A DNA stretch of 64,000 nt from Octopus sinensis (Eukaryota). Where the stretch lies: assembly GCF_006345805.1 (NCBI RefSeq), contig NC_043006.1, forward strand, positions 23,002,001-23,066,000, read 5' to 3'. This document shows positions 47,811-60,793 of the stretch, piece by piece (positions within the stretch are counted from its first letter, which is position 1; each line of letters starts with the position of its first letter). The translations under genes and the position numbers were made by a program. The notes below the pieces were generated by a model that ran no database searches, had not been told where the DNA came from, and worked only from the letters and a program-made list of their open reading frames with translations.

Positions 47811-50800
47811 TCTATATAGGCCCATACTCGGCCTATATAATCTATATTGGCACCCATGGGTATAAATAGCTTATATAGTCTCCCAAGTAGACTTTAGGAA
47901 CACCTGGGCCTATATTGCAACTTCTGCACCTGTATATGATTTTAATGAAAATTTTGAAAAAATGTTTCAAAGGAATTTCATGAACCTTTTGAAAAACATT
48001 TCAATGGAATTTGATGAAAATTTTCAAAACTTTCCAAAGTGCTCCATGAAAAGTCTGAAAAAATTTTCAGAAGAGTTTGATGAAAACTTTGATAAAACTT
48101 TTCATTGTTTCACGAAACTTTTTTCAAAAATTTCATCAAATTCTTTTGAAAAGTTTTTCAAATTTTCATCAAATTCCTTAAAAATGTTTTTTAAAATTTT
48201 CATCAAATTCCTTTGAAAGATTTCTCAAAATTTTCACAAAACACCTCTAAAAGTTTTTCAAAATTTTATCATATTCCTCAGAAAAGCTTTTCAAAATTTT
48301 CCTCCAATTCCTTTGAAATTCCTTTCAAACTTTTCACGAAAATCCTCTGAAAGTTTTAAAAAAATTTTCTTCAAATCTATGTAGGGACAGGAGGGGGGCT
48401 GTATAGTCTATATAGGGCCTTGGTCCAATATAGTGTATAGAGGCAACCTTGGACTATATACACTATAGTCCGCCTGGCCTATACACATCATATAGGCCCT
48501 AAGCCTATATACGCTATATAGACCACTGGGTCTATATAATGTATATAGGGACAAGGCCCTGTATAGTCTAGGTTCCTGGTCCAATATACACTATAGGACC
48601 CCTGGGCCTGTATTAATTATATAGGCACCAAAGTCTATATACACTATATAGGCCTGGGCATATATAATGTATATAGAGACAGGTTTCTGTATATTCTATA
48701 CAGGTATGCAGTGACTGTATGCATTATAGACCCCCTGGGCCTGCATATATTTTATAGGCCTCTGGGCCTATATACAGTATATAGGCCACTTGGCCTTTAG
48801 AGACTATATAGGGACAAGTGCCTGTATAGTGCAGGCCCATGGGCCAATATACACTGTATAGGCCTCCGGGCTTATAAACACTATATAGTGTATATTAGCC
48901 CGGAGTTTCTATATAGCCTCTGAAAAGTTTTTCAAATTTTCATCAGATTCCTTAAAAATGTTTTTTTAAAATGTTCATCGAATTCCTTTGAATGGTTTTT
49001 CAAAATTTTCATCAAACTCCTTTGAATAGTTTGTCAAAATTTTCAACATAATCCTCTAAAAGTTTTTCAAAATTTTTTATCATATTCAATAGAAAACGTT
49101 TTCAGAATTTTCACCAAAATCCTCTAAGTTTTCAAAATTTTCATGAAATCTATGTAGGGACAGGAGGGCTGTATAGTCTATATAGGTCCTCTGCTCCAAT
49201 ATAGCGTATAGAGGCACCCTGTGCCTATATACATTATATAGGTCCCTAGGCCTATATACGCTATATAGGCCTCTGGTCCTATATAGTGTATATATGGACA
49301 AGGGCCTGTATAGTCTAAGTTCCCTGGTCCAATATACACTATTGGCGCCCTGGGCCTGTATTCATTATATTATTCATTATATGCCTATATAGTGTATATA
49401 TATATATACACTATATATAGGACATGGGCATATATAATGTATATAGAGACAGGTGTCTGTATAGTCTATATAGGCATGCAGTGCCTGTATGCACTATAGA
49501 CCTCCTTGGCCTATATACATTATATAGGCCTCTGGGTCTATATACAGTATATGGGCATCTGGGCATATAGAGAGTATATTGTGCCAAGTGCCTGTATAGT
49601 GCAGGCCTCCTGGTCCACTATACACTATAAGCTCCCTGGGCCTGTATACATTATATAGGCCCCTCAGTTTATATACACTATATAGGCCCATACGTCTATA
49701 TACACTGTATAGAACTCTGGGCCTATACAGTGTATACACTATGTAGTGTATAGTGAGATAGGCGGAGATAGAGTAAGATAGGCGGAGATTGGCGGACATT
49801 GGCGGAGAGTGGCGCAGATAGGTGGAGATAGGCGGAGATAGACGGAGATGAGCGGAGATTGGCGGAGATTGGCGGAATAGCATTTTGGGAGATTTCCCAA
49901 TAATGCTGGGTGTTAAAACACCTGGGAGAGAGGGAGAGTGTGAGTATCTCGGCCTATCTCCGCGTATCTCCGCCAATCTCCACTAATCTCCGCCAATCTC
50001 CACCAATCTCCGCCTATCTCATTCTATCTCACTCTATCTCCGCCTATCTCCCTCTATCTCACTCTATCTCCGCCTATCTCACTCTATCTAACTGGTACTT
50101 ATTTAATCGACCCTGAAAGGATGAAAGGCAAAGTCGACCTCGGCGGAATTTGAACTCAGAACGTAACGGCAGATGAAATACGGCTACGCATTTCGCCCGG
50201 CGCACTAACGTTTCTGCCAGCTCGCCGCCTGCGAGATTTTCCAATAATGCTGCGTGTTAAAACACCTGGGAGAGATTGCAGGAGATAACCGGAGATTGCC
50301 GAAGATTGCCGTAGATTACCAGAGATTGCCGGAGATTGCCGAAGAAAGCCGAAGATAGCCAGAGATTGCCGGAGATGTTGCCGGAGATTGCTGGAGATAA
50401 GTGAAGATTTCCGGAGTTTACCGGAGATGGCCGAGATGGCCGAGGATGGCCGAGATTGCCGGAGATAGGCAGAGATAGGCGTAGATAGGCGGAATAGCAT
50501 TATGGGAGATTTCCCAATAATGCTGGGTGTTAAAACACCTGGAAGAGAGTGAGATAGAGTGAGATATGCGGAGATAGGCGGAGATAGAGTGAGAGAGAGA
50601 GTCAGATATGTGGAGATAGGCGGAAGTAGGCCGAGCTAGACGGAATAGCATTTTGGGAGATTTTCTAATAATGCTGGGTGTTAAAACAACCGGGATAGAT
50701 TGCAGGAGATAGCCGGAGATTGCCAGAGATTGCCGTAGATTGCCGAAGATTGCCGGAGATAGCCGGGGATAGCCGGAGATTACCGGAGATAGCCAGAGAT

Positions 50801-53800
50801 TGCCGGAGATAGCCGGGGATAGCCGGAGATTACCGGAGATAGCCAGAGATTGCCGGAGATTGCCGGAGATAGCAAGAGATGGCCGGTGATAGGCAGAATG
50901 GCATTTTGGGAGATTTCCCAATAATGCTGGGTGTTAAAACGCCTGGGAGAGAGTGAGATAGAGTGAGAATGCCGGAGATAGGCGGAATAGCATTTTGGGA
51001 GATTTTCCAATAATGCTGGGTGTCAAAACACCTGGGAGAGAGTGCGTCTATGAAAATAATTTAGAGGATTTTGTGAAAATTTTGAAACACTTTTAGAGTA
51101 TTTTAATAAAAATTTTGAAAAACTTTTAGAGGATTTAGGTGAAAATTTTGACAACCTCTTCAACGTACAGTTGGGGCACGAAATAGCCTAAAATGGACCA
51201 GTTGGCGTATATATATTTGCAATTTTTCATCATATGAAATTTTTCATCATATGAAAAACTTTTTCAGAAATTTCCAGTAAATCAATTGAAAATACTTTGA
51301 AAATTTTCATCCGAATCCTATAGAGGTGCAGAAGTTGCAATATAGGCCCATTTTTTTTCACAGGCTATATAGGCACACTCAATATGGGACCTGGTGGACC
51401 TATATAGGCTATACAGGAACCCTGCGCTAGTATACAATATATAGTGTATATAAGCCCAGAGGCCAACACAGTGTATTTAGGCCCATGGGCCTATATAGTG
51501 CATAGTGGAACAGGGGGCCTGTACTATAAAGGCACTTGTCCTTATATACACTATATAGGCCCAGAGGCCTACATACTGTATATAGGCCCAGAGACCTATA
51601 TAATGTATAGAGGCCCATGGGGCCTATAGTGCATAGAGGCACTGCATGCTTATATAGATTATGCAGAACCCTGTCCCGATACACACTTTTAGAGAATTTT
51701 GATAAAAATTTTGAAAAACCTTTAGAGGATTTAGGTGAAAATTTTGACAACCTCTTCAAAGGAACTTCAGGAAAATTTTGAAAAACTTTACAAAGGAATT
51801 TGATGAAAATTTTGAAAAACATTTTTAAGGAATTTGATGAAAACTTTGAAGAACATTTCAAAGGAATTTGATAAAGATTTTGAAAAACTTTTCAAAGGAA
51901 TTCAATGAAAATATCAAAAGAAATTTTGTGAAATAATGAAAAGTTCTCTCAAAATTTTCATCAAACTCTTCTGAAAATTTTTTCTGAATTTCATGGAACA
52001 CTTTGGAAAGTTTTGAAAATTTTCATCAAATTCCATTGAAATGTTTTTTTTTAATTTTCATCAAATTCCTTTGAAAAGTTTTTCAAAATATTCATCAAAA
52101 TCATATAAAGGTGCAGAAGTTGCAATATAGGCCCAGGTGTTCCTAGATCCCGCTTAGGAGACTATATAAGCTATTTATACCCATGGGTGCCAATATAGAC
52201 GATATAGGCCGAGTAGGGGCCTATATAGATGTTATAGGACCCTTGGCCTATATAGGTTATATAGTACCGGGGGGGGGGGCGAAATAGCCTAAATAGGGCC
52301 CGTGGGCCCTATATTTTTGCAATTTTTCATCATATTCCTTTGAAAAGTTATTCAGAAATTTCAAGTAAATCAATTGAAAATATTTTGAAAATTTTCATCC
52401 AAATCCTATACAGGTGCAGAAATTGCAATATAGGCCCAGTTTTATTTTCAGAGGCTCAGTCAATATAGGCCATGGTGGGCCTATATAGATTATACAGGCA
52501 CTGCGGGCTAAAATACACTATATAGTGTATATAGCCCCACAGGCCTATATAGTGTATAGGAGGCCCAATGGGCCTATATAGTGTATATAGAATCAGGGAC
52601 CTATTTAATGTATACACGCCAAGGGGGTCTGCACTATACAGGCACTTGTCCCTATATACACTATATAGGCACAGGGTCCTATGTACTGTATATAGTGCCA
52701 GAGACCCATATAATGTATATAGGTCCAGGGGGCCTATAGTGCATACAGGCCCTGGATGCCTATAGAGACTATACAGGCCCTAGTCCCTATATACACTATC
52801 TAGGCCCATGGGCCTATATAGACTCAGGGGCCTATATATTGAATACAGGCCCAGGGGATACCAATAGTGTATATTGGACCCGGGGTCATAGACTATCAAA
52901 GCCCTTGTCCCTATATACACTATAAATATCAAGGGGCCTACATAATGTATATAGCCACAGGGGGCCTAAATTATATATAAGCACATGTTGCCTATATACA
53001 CTATATTGGAGCAGATGTATGTATAGACTATACCGGCCCCTGACCCTATATACACTATATAGGCCCGAGTGCCTACATAGTGTTATAGGTACGGGAGCCT
53101 ATACCAGGTTCCTATATTCACTATATTTGACCAAGTGGTCTATATAGTTGTATACAGCCCCCTGTCCCTATATACATTTGATGAAATTTTAAAAAATCTT
53201 TTAGAGGATTTTGGTGAAGATTTTGACAAACTATTCAAAGGAATTTGAGGAAAATTTTGAAAACGTTTTCTAAGGAAAATGATGGAAATTTTGAAAAACT
53301 TTTATTAGAGGATTTTGGTGAAAATTTGAAAAAACTTTTCGAAGGAATTTGATTAAAACTTTGAAGAAGTTTCCAAAGAAGTTTCCAAAGAAGTTTCCTA
53401 TAAAAATTTTGAAAATCTTTTAGACGATTTTGTTGAAAATTTTGACAAACTTTTCGAAGAAATTTGAGGGAAATTTTGAAAAACTCTAAGAGGATTTTGG
53501 TGAAAATTTTGACAATCCTTTGAAAGGAATGTGAGGAAAATTTTGAAAACGTTTCTAAGGAATATGATGAAAATTTTGAAAAACTTTTAGAGGAAAGTTT
53601 TAAAAAACATTTCAAAGGTATTTGATGAAAATAAATTTTTAGAGGATTTTGGTGAACATTTTGAAAATCTTTTCATAGGAATTTGATGAAAATTTTTAAA
53701 AACACATCTAAGGAATTTGAAAAACATTTTTTGAAAAAGTTTTCAAAGGAGTTTCATGAAAATTTTGAAAAGCTTTTAGAGGATTTTGGCGAAAATTTTG

Positions 53801-55790
53801 CAAAACTTTTAGAGGATTGTGATGAATATTTTGAAAAACATTTAGAGTATTTTGGTGAAAATTTCGACAAACTTTTCAAAGGAGTTCAATGAAAATTTTG
53901 AAAAAAATTTCGCGAAACACTGAAAAGCTTTATCAAACTTTTCGTTAAACTGTTCTGAAATTATTTTCAGAATTTGCATGGAACACTTTGGAAAGTTTTG
54001 AAATTTTCATCAAATTCCATTGAAATATTTTTCAAAATTTTCATAAAATTCTTTTGAAAACATTTTCAAAATATTCATCAAAATCCTATACAGGTGCAAA
54101 TGTTGGAATATAAGCCCATGTATTCCTAGAATCTGCTTAGGGACTATATAAGCTATTTTTACCCATGGGTGCCAATATTGACTATATAGGCCGAGTAGGG
54201 GCCTATATAGATTGTATAGGACCCTGGGCCTATAAAGGTTATATAGTACCGGGTGGGAGGGGGTTCTAAATAGCCTAAAACGGGCACGTGGGAGAATATA
54301 TTTTTGCAATTTTTCATCATATTCCTTTGAAAAGTTTTTCAGAAATTTCAAGGAAATCAATTGAAAGTTATTTTGAAAATTTTCATCCAAACTCGATGCA
54401 GGTGCAATATAGGCCCAATTTTTTTTAGAAGCTTGTATAGGTTCAGCCATTGTAGATCCTGGTGGGCCTTTATAGGCTATACAGCCACACTGGGCAAATA
54501 CACAAAATCCTATACAGGTGCAGAAATTGCAATATAAGCCCAGGTATTCCTAGAGTCTGCTTAGGAGACTATATAAGCTATTTATACGCATGGGTACCAA
54601 TATAGACCATATAGGCCGAGTAGGGGCCTATATAGATTGCATAGGATCCTAGGCCTATATAGGTTATATAATCCCGCGAGGGGGTCTAAACAGCCTAAAT
54701 AGACCCCGGGGACCTATATATTTCTGCAATTTTTCATCAAATGCCTCTGAAAAGGTTTTCAGTAATTTCAAGGAATTCAATTGAAAATATTTTGAAAAAT
54801 TTCAGCCCAGTTTTTTTAGAGGCAATATAGGCCCTGGTGGGCCTATATAAGCTATACAGACACCATTGACACTATATAGAGTATATAGGCCCAGAGGCCT
54901 ATATAGTGTATATAGGCCTATGGGCGTATATATTGTATATACACTCAGCGACCTATTTAATGTATACACGCCTAGGGGGCTTATAGTGTATAGTGGACCA
55001 AGAGGCCTGCACTATACAGGCACTTGTCCCTATATACACTATATGATCCCAAGGCGTATACATACTGTATATAGGCTCAGAGACCTATATAATGTATATA
55101 GGCCCAGTAGGCCTATATTGCATACAGGCCCTGGATGCTTATATAGACTATTGGATTCTCCCTAAATACACTACATTGGCCCATGTGCTATATGGTGTAT
55201 ATAGTCTCAGAGTCCTATATAATGTATACAGGCCCAAGGTGGCCAATAGTGTAGACTATCCAGGCCCTTTTCCCTATATACACTAAATTGGCCCAGGCGC
55301 CTATATAGTGTATATATTCCTAGGAGCCTATATAATGTATATAGGCACAGGTTTCCTATATGCACTATATTGGAGCAGGGGCGTATATGGACTATTAGGC
55401 CCCCCTGACCATATATAAACATTATAGGCCCAGTGGCCTACATAGTGTATATAGGCCGAGAAGTTGCAATATAGGGCCTGTTTTTTTTTCAGAGGCTATA
55501 CAGGCTCAGTCAATATAGGCCCTTGTGGGCTTATATGGGCTATACAGGCACTGTGTATATAGGCCCAGAGGCCTATATAGTGTATATAGGTCAATGAGCC
55601 TACATGGACCTCTTTAATGTATACACGCCTAGGGGGCTTATAGTGTATAGTGGATCTGGGGACCAGCACTATACAGGCACTTGTCCCTATATACACTATA
55701 TAGGTCCAGGAGCCTATGGTGCATGCAGGCCCTGGATGACTATATAGACTATACAGACCCCTGTCACTAAATACACTATATTGTCTACAA
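47811..55790. repeat. Composite satellite: AT-tract blocks, TATA/GGCC blocks and GC-rich decamer core; arms inverted about the core
   Basis: Marker GGTGCAGAA(G/A)TTGCAATATAGGCCC forward at 51325, 52110 and 52413 (variants at 54093, 54517) and reversed at 47906-47930; ~1980-bp higher-order period; 33-bp A-block unit; 10-bp core units. Confidence 0.9.
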
Positions 55791-55834
55791 AGTATATAAA
55801 AGTCTATTGTCTACAAAGTATACAATGTAGAGAA

Positions 55835-56160
55835 AAAAAGATTTGAACACCTGGAGGAAAGCACCATTGAAAAGTGTCTTGGTGCGACTACGAAAGATAT
55901 CTAACCAGAGGCGGTAAATTCGCCACAATAGAAGCAATGTTCGAGTCAACGGAGCGTGCAAGGGAGTACTCGACTCGAACCTTGCAAAGTGGAAATATTT
56001 TATTTTTACCTTTATATCTGGGATGTAGGACGTCCCGGATAAAAATTTAAAATGTCTCCCCAGAAGTAGAGGTAGGCTGGATTGTAGCCACACTTCTATA
56101 TAAGAGGGAGGATAAGATGCAATTGATCGAAATTGCAAGAGATGGGCTTACAATTCCAGT
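55835..56160 (+). mobile_element. Possible Tx1/L1-type ORF1 fragment
   Basis: Frameshifted reading FEHLEESTIEKCLGATTKD.LTRGGKFATIEAMFESTERAREYSTRTL...LPLYLGCRTSRIKI*NVSPEVEVGWIVATL looks like a LINE ORF1 RRM-type region (recognition only). Confidence 0.4.
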
Positions 56161-56379
56161 CTGTTATATATTTTGAGTATTGTTATCACTAGCGATATCA
56201 AGATATAACTTTGTATTTTGCATTTTATGTGTAGATGTATATATATAGATGTACATGTAATATGTACACATATATATACACATATATACATGCACTAGCT
56301 CTATGACCCGGCAACGACGGATCATAATGCTAGTATATTATATATATATTATATTATATATTATATTATATATATATAT

Positions 56380-56425
<46 letters not shown>

Positions 56426-56426
56426 A

Positions 56427-56457
<31 letters not shown>

Positions 56458-57690
56458 CAGGGATTGGAAAAAATGGAAACACTTCAACATTTCTAACAAA
56501 TGAAATTTGATATGGGGTAGGGCCGATTTTGGCAGTAATCACATCTTGAATTCTACAAGGTATGGACTCGTACAAAGTTTGAATAATTTCAAAAGGAATT
56601 TTTGTCCATTCTTCAGCTAAAACAATCTCCAGTTCTTGTAGTGATGATGGTGGAGGGTATCGACTCCTTACTTGTTTTCTAAAATGCACCATAAATGTTC
56701 AATAATATTGAGATCTGGGGACTGTGATGGCCAGATAAGATGTTCAAATTCACTAGAATGTTCCTTGTGCCATTCAGTAACAACTTTAGCTGTGTGAATT
56801 AGTGCATTATGATCCTGAAAGATTGCGTTTCCCTCCAGAAACAATTCTGCAACCATAGGATGAATTTGATCAGATAAAATGCTTAAATCGTCTTGACTAT
56901 TAATTCTGCCATGAAGAGAAACCATTGGGCCAGTGGATTTCCAAGATATAGCCTCCAGATCATCACAGATTCTCCTCCATGTTTAACAGTTGGAAGAAGG
57001 CAGTCTGGGTGAAATGCTTCTTTAGGTTATATCCACTGGTACACTCGGCCGGTGGCCGGAAATAAGGTAAAAGATGACTCTCCGAGAAAATAACCTTCTT
57101 CCACTGCTCTAGGGACCAATTCTGTAGGTTTTTACTCCACTCTAAATACTTTACAACGTTTGTTTTTGAAGCCCTCCCGTGAAATCCGCCTTTGTGCAGT
57201 TCTCGGTGAACAGCTTTGGGTTTTCGAGGTGGTCATGAGGCTCTGCAGTAATTTTAGGAGCTGTACTTTTGTGATCCTCTCTAACAATTTGCATAAGAGT
57301 TCGACGGTTCCTATCTGTAAGTTTTGGGGTTTTTTCCGGAATTTTGTTTCTACGAGGAGATTTTTCCCTCTTTCTCAAAGGGCGTCATTACTTTCGAAAC
57401 AGTACTTCTAGATACACCAAATATTTCGGCTGTTTTCGTTACGCTAGCGCCTGCCATCCGAGCACCAACAATTTGACCTCTTTGAAAGTCCGATAGATCT
57501 GTCATTTTAATGAATTTTGATTACCCTTTTCTGATGATATCTGAAAAGAAACAGCAATTTTGGTAAAGCATGTTAAGCAACACTAATAATAAATGAAAAA
57601 ACAAAAATATACAAGCTTTTGATGGTTTTATAGATATTTCAAAATTGTGATGCTATGATGCTAGGTGTTTCCATTCTTTTATCCAACCCC

Positions 57691-57692
<2 letters not shown>
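56458..57692 (-). mobile_element. Tc1-like transposon relic
   Basis: TIRs CAGGGATTGGAAAAAATGGAAACAC / inverse; IFQDHNALIH, WPSQSPDLNIIEHLW motifs; frameshifts. Confidence 0.9.
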
Positions 57693-57740
<48 letters not shown>

Positions 57741-57741
<1 letters not shown>

Positions 57742-58200
57742 GAAAGTGTACCCGATGAAAACCAGAATTTTGCAATATTATTTTATTCATTTAGTTTTAC
57801 ATATTTACACTTTTATCACCTTCAAATTATTCTCCATTTGAAGCAATGCATCAATCCAGATGCGTTTTCCACCGTTTGAAGCAGTCCTGGAACTCTTGCG
57901 AAGTGATGCCTGTAAACACCTCTGTCATTTTTTGTTCTCCTCTTCCACATCTACAAACCTTTTTTTCTTTTAAGGTCATTTGTATTCAGGGGAACAAAAC
58001 AAATTCGCAGGGAGCAAGATCAACTTCCAACTGTTCTTTTAGTTTACGACAGGCATTCAGTCGTGACTGTTTTTGATCTTCCGTGGGCAAGCGAGGCACA
58101 ATTTTTACTGCAACTCTTTTCAATCGCAATTCCTCGCTCAAAATTCGTTGGCAGAAGCTCCAGAACATTTATCATTTTTAATTGTTACCCTAGATAATGA
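57741..58200 (-). mobile_element. mariner relic with internal deletion
   Basis: ILSEELRLKRVAVKIVPRLPTEDQK fused directly to DLAPCEFVLFP. Confidence 0.78.
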
Positions 58201-58245
58201 TAGAGTCAATATCTTCGCAAATATTTTCTCCTGAATTATTTGCTC

Positions 58246-58320
<75 letters not shown>

Positions 58321-58796
58321 CACCTGCACAGAGTTTCTGATGCGTTGAATTCACGACAAAATTACCATAGATAGTCGGGGCTCGGTTCATCTTAAGCTGC
58401 TGTCAGCGATAGATTTATTTCAGTATTGATTATTGGTTGCTAAAATATCTGCAGTGAAGAAGCTGGTATATCAGCAATTTGGTTATGTGTATTTTGGACT
58501 CTCCTGTCATTAAATGATGGCTGATGGTTCTGCAATTTCTAACTGAACAATTGCACAAATGCCTTGTTTATGGTAGTCAAATGTTTATGATGCGCATAAG
58601 CTCCCTCCCTCCATCAAATTGACATTGCCTGTACAAGTTTCAAGACTGTGCCACGCATCAGAAGTCGAAATGGTCGCAGAACAACGGAAGATGAAATAGT
58701 TTACTCAAGAACGCCACTCGCCGCCCGGTCTGGGATCGAAACTATGATGTTGCTATCGTGAGTGCAACACCTTAACCACTAGGCCATATGTACATA

Positions 58797-59250
58797 TATA
58801 CAGACTGATACATACATACATACATACATACACACATACATACATACATACATACATACATACATACATACATACATACACACACATACATACATACATG
58901 CATGCATACATACATACATCATACATACATACATACATACATACATACATACATACATACATACATACATACATACATCATACATACATACATACATGCA
59001 TGCATGCATGCATGCATACATACATACATACACACACACACATACATACATACATACATACATACATACATACATACATACATACATACATACATACATA
59101 CATACACCCGTACATACATATATACATACATGCATACATACATACACACACACACACATACATACATACATACACACACATAAACACACACATACATGCA
59201 TACATACATACATACATACATACATACATACATACATACATACATACACA
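58797..59250. repeat. (TACA)n microsatellite
   Basis: Direct inspection. Confidence 0.95.
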
Positions 59251-60762
59251 TCTGCATATTTAATGTCGGTATGCAAGTTACTGCGGTTATTGTCCGAGAT
59301 AAAAGTTCTTATGGATGTGCTGTATTATCGAAGGGAGACCAAATGTCGGCCCAGTAGCGATTAGCGAGAGTGTCTGATGAATTTCGACCTCACGTATAAC
59401 TCCTGTATTCATTAATTAATATTTCACTCTCGCTGACAGAATACACCACACTGTTTCTTTAAGTTCTGTTTCTGCTCTACGTATGGGCGTTGCTTTCATA
59501 GACTACACACACCTCTTCACTAACTATATATGGCCTTTTACATATGTTTGTGTTTAAAAAGCAAACCATAACTCCGCCCCACTTTATGCGGAATCACAGT
59601 CCGAACATATGTTGCCTGTTATCGTGGATTTTAAGATATTCTCGTTCGCTTGGTCTTCAAGTCGTGGCCACGCCCACACTTCTTGTAAGATCAGTTGTAT
59701 TTTTCAAGAACTAAGCAGTAAATATGGACACGATAGACCAGAAAATAAACTTCTGGCGTGCCAACAACGTCGGGGTTTCAATCTTAGATCGGGGGCGAAG
59801 GTATGGCTGGTTGTGTGGTCACGAAATTCATTTCGGAAACCACATTGAACCAAGTTCGATCCCATTCATCCAAGTTCGATTCAACATATTGGGTGTTTTC
59901 TAAAGTAACTTCCTGAATGACGAATACCCCGCGAATTTGGTAGACGGAGAATTCGAAACATATATTCGAGCTTGGTTGGTTAGGTTCGTTTGATGAACCT
60001 ACGAAACTTTAAGCTGTATGGAGCAGAATCAAACTGTTAAATAACTCCAACCAAATGTGTTGAGTAACGCTATTTTTCGATAGTCCATGTGTGTGTGTGT
60101 GCGTAGTTTTATTTCTAGATTTCTTGCCAATGGAGAAAGAGCCAGTTTCTGAACTAGATTCAAAGTTTCGTTATTAGAAATTCGACAGCAATATAGGGTA
60201 GTGCATTTATGTGTGCATATGTGCAAATATATGGAGTCAGTACATGTGCAGATCTGTATATTTTTATGTATGTATATTCACACATAGTTGTATGTCTTGA
60301 CATGGGAATTTGCGCTTATATACTAAACTTTTGGACAGTTTTACATATTTCAGTAGTTCTATTGATAGTTTGTATCTGTAGTCTCGTAATCAGTTTTCTC
60401 CTTTCTGATTTGTCAAGATTGGAACTGAAGCTATTTATTTCATACCTAGTGCCCAAATAATTACGACTCTAAATCTAAACTTTTAATCCAGGTGGATTTA
60501 CTGTAAATTTCTTAACAGTTTTGCGCTGTTGCTTTCTTTTATACTGAACTTTAGCTCTATGATTTTTTTTTACTTATTCCCATCAGCGAAAGGCACATAC
60601 ATACCTATACATACATATAGAAATCATACACATACACACATACACACTCACACTCACACACATACACACGCATACACACACCACACACTTATCTACAGAC
60701 ATATATATATATATATACATATAAAAGCACATACATAATACATACATACGTACATACATACT

Positions 60763-60793
<31 letters not shown>

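Noticed and set aside
49750-51046. CRISPR-like repeat-spacer appearance
   Set aside because: Spacers are themselves decamer repeats of variable length, the context is eukaryotic, and there are no cas genes.
51690-54090. TGATGA...GAAA strings in A-blocks resembling hammerhead cores
   Set aside because: No C3 equivalent and no pairing stems; a by-product of the gaaaattttga repeat.
47962-55696. ORFs such as MFQRNFMNLLK... and MYIGP... in the satellite
   Set aside because: Low-complexity, occur on both strands and in several frames, with no splice support.
59790-59960. Possible hammerhead (ATGACGA...GAAAC)
   Set aside because: Better explained as a diverged SINE A (GAATTTGGTAGACGGA segment); core and stem I do not fit.
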